From Catajapyx aquilonaris (lineage: Eukaryota), in assembly GCA_000934665.2 (NCBI GenBank), contig KZ538487.1, positions 1 to 64,000 on the forward strand: 64,000 nt of DNA, given 5' to 3'. The notes beneath the pieces were generated by a model. The model saw nothing but the letters and a program-made list of their open reading frames with translations, did no database searches and was not told the origin of the DNA. How positions within the stretch are numbered: position 1 is the stretch's first letter; each line of letters begins with the position of its first letter. Position numbers and translations under genes: made by a program. Positions 63,383-64,000 of this stretch are shown here, piece after piece.

Positions 63383-63767
63383 GGTCTTACACCTGTCCAC
63401 TTGGGGTTTTTTTTTTGTGTGCGGGGCTTGTACACCCAGCCCCGTTGCTTGTGCCGTTGTTCCGCTCTATGCCAGAGAACCTCTAGGTCAATCTGAAGAC
63501 AATGCTACATTGGCGATTCTTTTTCGAGGATTGACCGCAGGAGTGGATATGTCAACGGGAGGAGGGGAAAGTGGGTTAATGACGAAGGATTGACTGGAGG
63601 TGTAGCAGCTGGAGGACAATGGGATGCTGTATGTCCGGTGTCCTGTTGCGGTTGCGTCAATATCAAGAATGCAACGAACAATAGTTGAGACTATATGTCG
63701 ATAAAAATGCCAGATATTAGCTGCGGATGCTAATGAACTGTGCAATGTTATTGTAAGGCTGCTCTTG

Positions 63768-63920
63768 ATCTGGATTTACTCTAACTGTTAGTTCAAAGGT
63801 TGGTAAAACCGGGGACAAGTCAGTGCAGCTGCAAGGCTATACGGGTATAACCTTGCAGCTGCAATGACTCGTCCCCGGTTTTACTAACCTTTGAACTAAC
63901 AGTTAAGAGTAAATCCAGAT
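63768..63920. mobile_element. ~75-bp-arm foldback, probably the core of a MITE
   Basis: ATCTGGATTTACTCTAACTGTTAGTTCAAAGG...CCTTTGAACTAACAGTTAAGAGTAAATCCAGAT with few mismatches. Confidence 0.75.
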
Positions 63921-64000
63921 TAACCATAGAGTAACCACTGACTTCAAGTAAAGCGGTTGGAGAAACCTGGTATCAACCACTTCATCAATCCCACGGTGTT

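Noticed and set aside
1..64000. CRISPR array, rRNA, operon or other prokaryotic/viral defence system
   Set aside because: No regularly spaced direct repeats with unique spacers and no long intronless ORFs; the sequence is spliceosomal-intron eukaryotic DNA.

Overview
Eukaryotic, most likely arthropod, genomic DNA that is AT-rich and dense in transposable elements. It has two N-gaps and several GC-rich stretches that look error-prone. The main feature is a complete 16-exon histidine decarboxylase gene (Hdc, minus strand, CDS 55642->25157, 656 aa by my exon joining, all introns GT-AG) with a TATA/CCAAT/CRE proximal promoter. Also present: a compact, apparently intact 115-aa gene of unknown function ending in PPKRRRK (13822->13402); a frameshift-riddled Ig-domain gene at the left edge; and a corrupted secreted-protein-like gene near 62-63.4 kb. 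About 20 MITEs or non-autonomous DNA transposons were found (Tc1/mariner, pogo/Tigger, PIF/Harbinger, hAT, possible Sola), along with RTE-type LINE fragments and tRNA-derived SINEs. The most unusual observations are chains of TA-xxx-TA putative excision footprints, a Harbinger derivative carrying a MADF exon, a foldback built from mariner 3' ends, an intact tRNA-like cloverleaf with an aberrant anticodon arm, and a cluster of perfect orphan hairpins downstream of Hdc. No CRISPR, rRNA or prokaryote-type system is evident. All calls come from reading the sequence by eye; no database searches were run.
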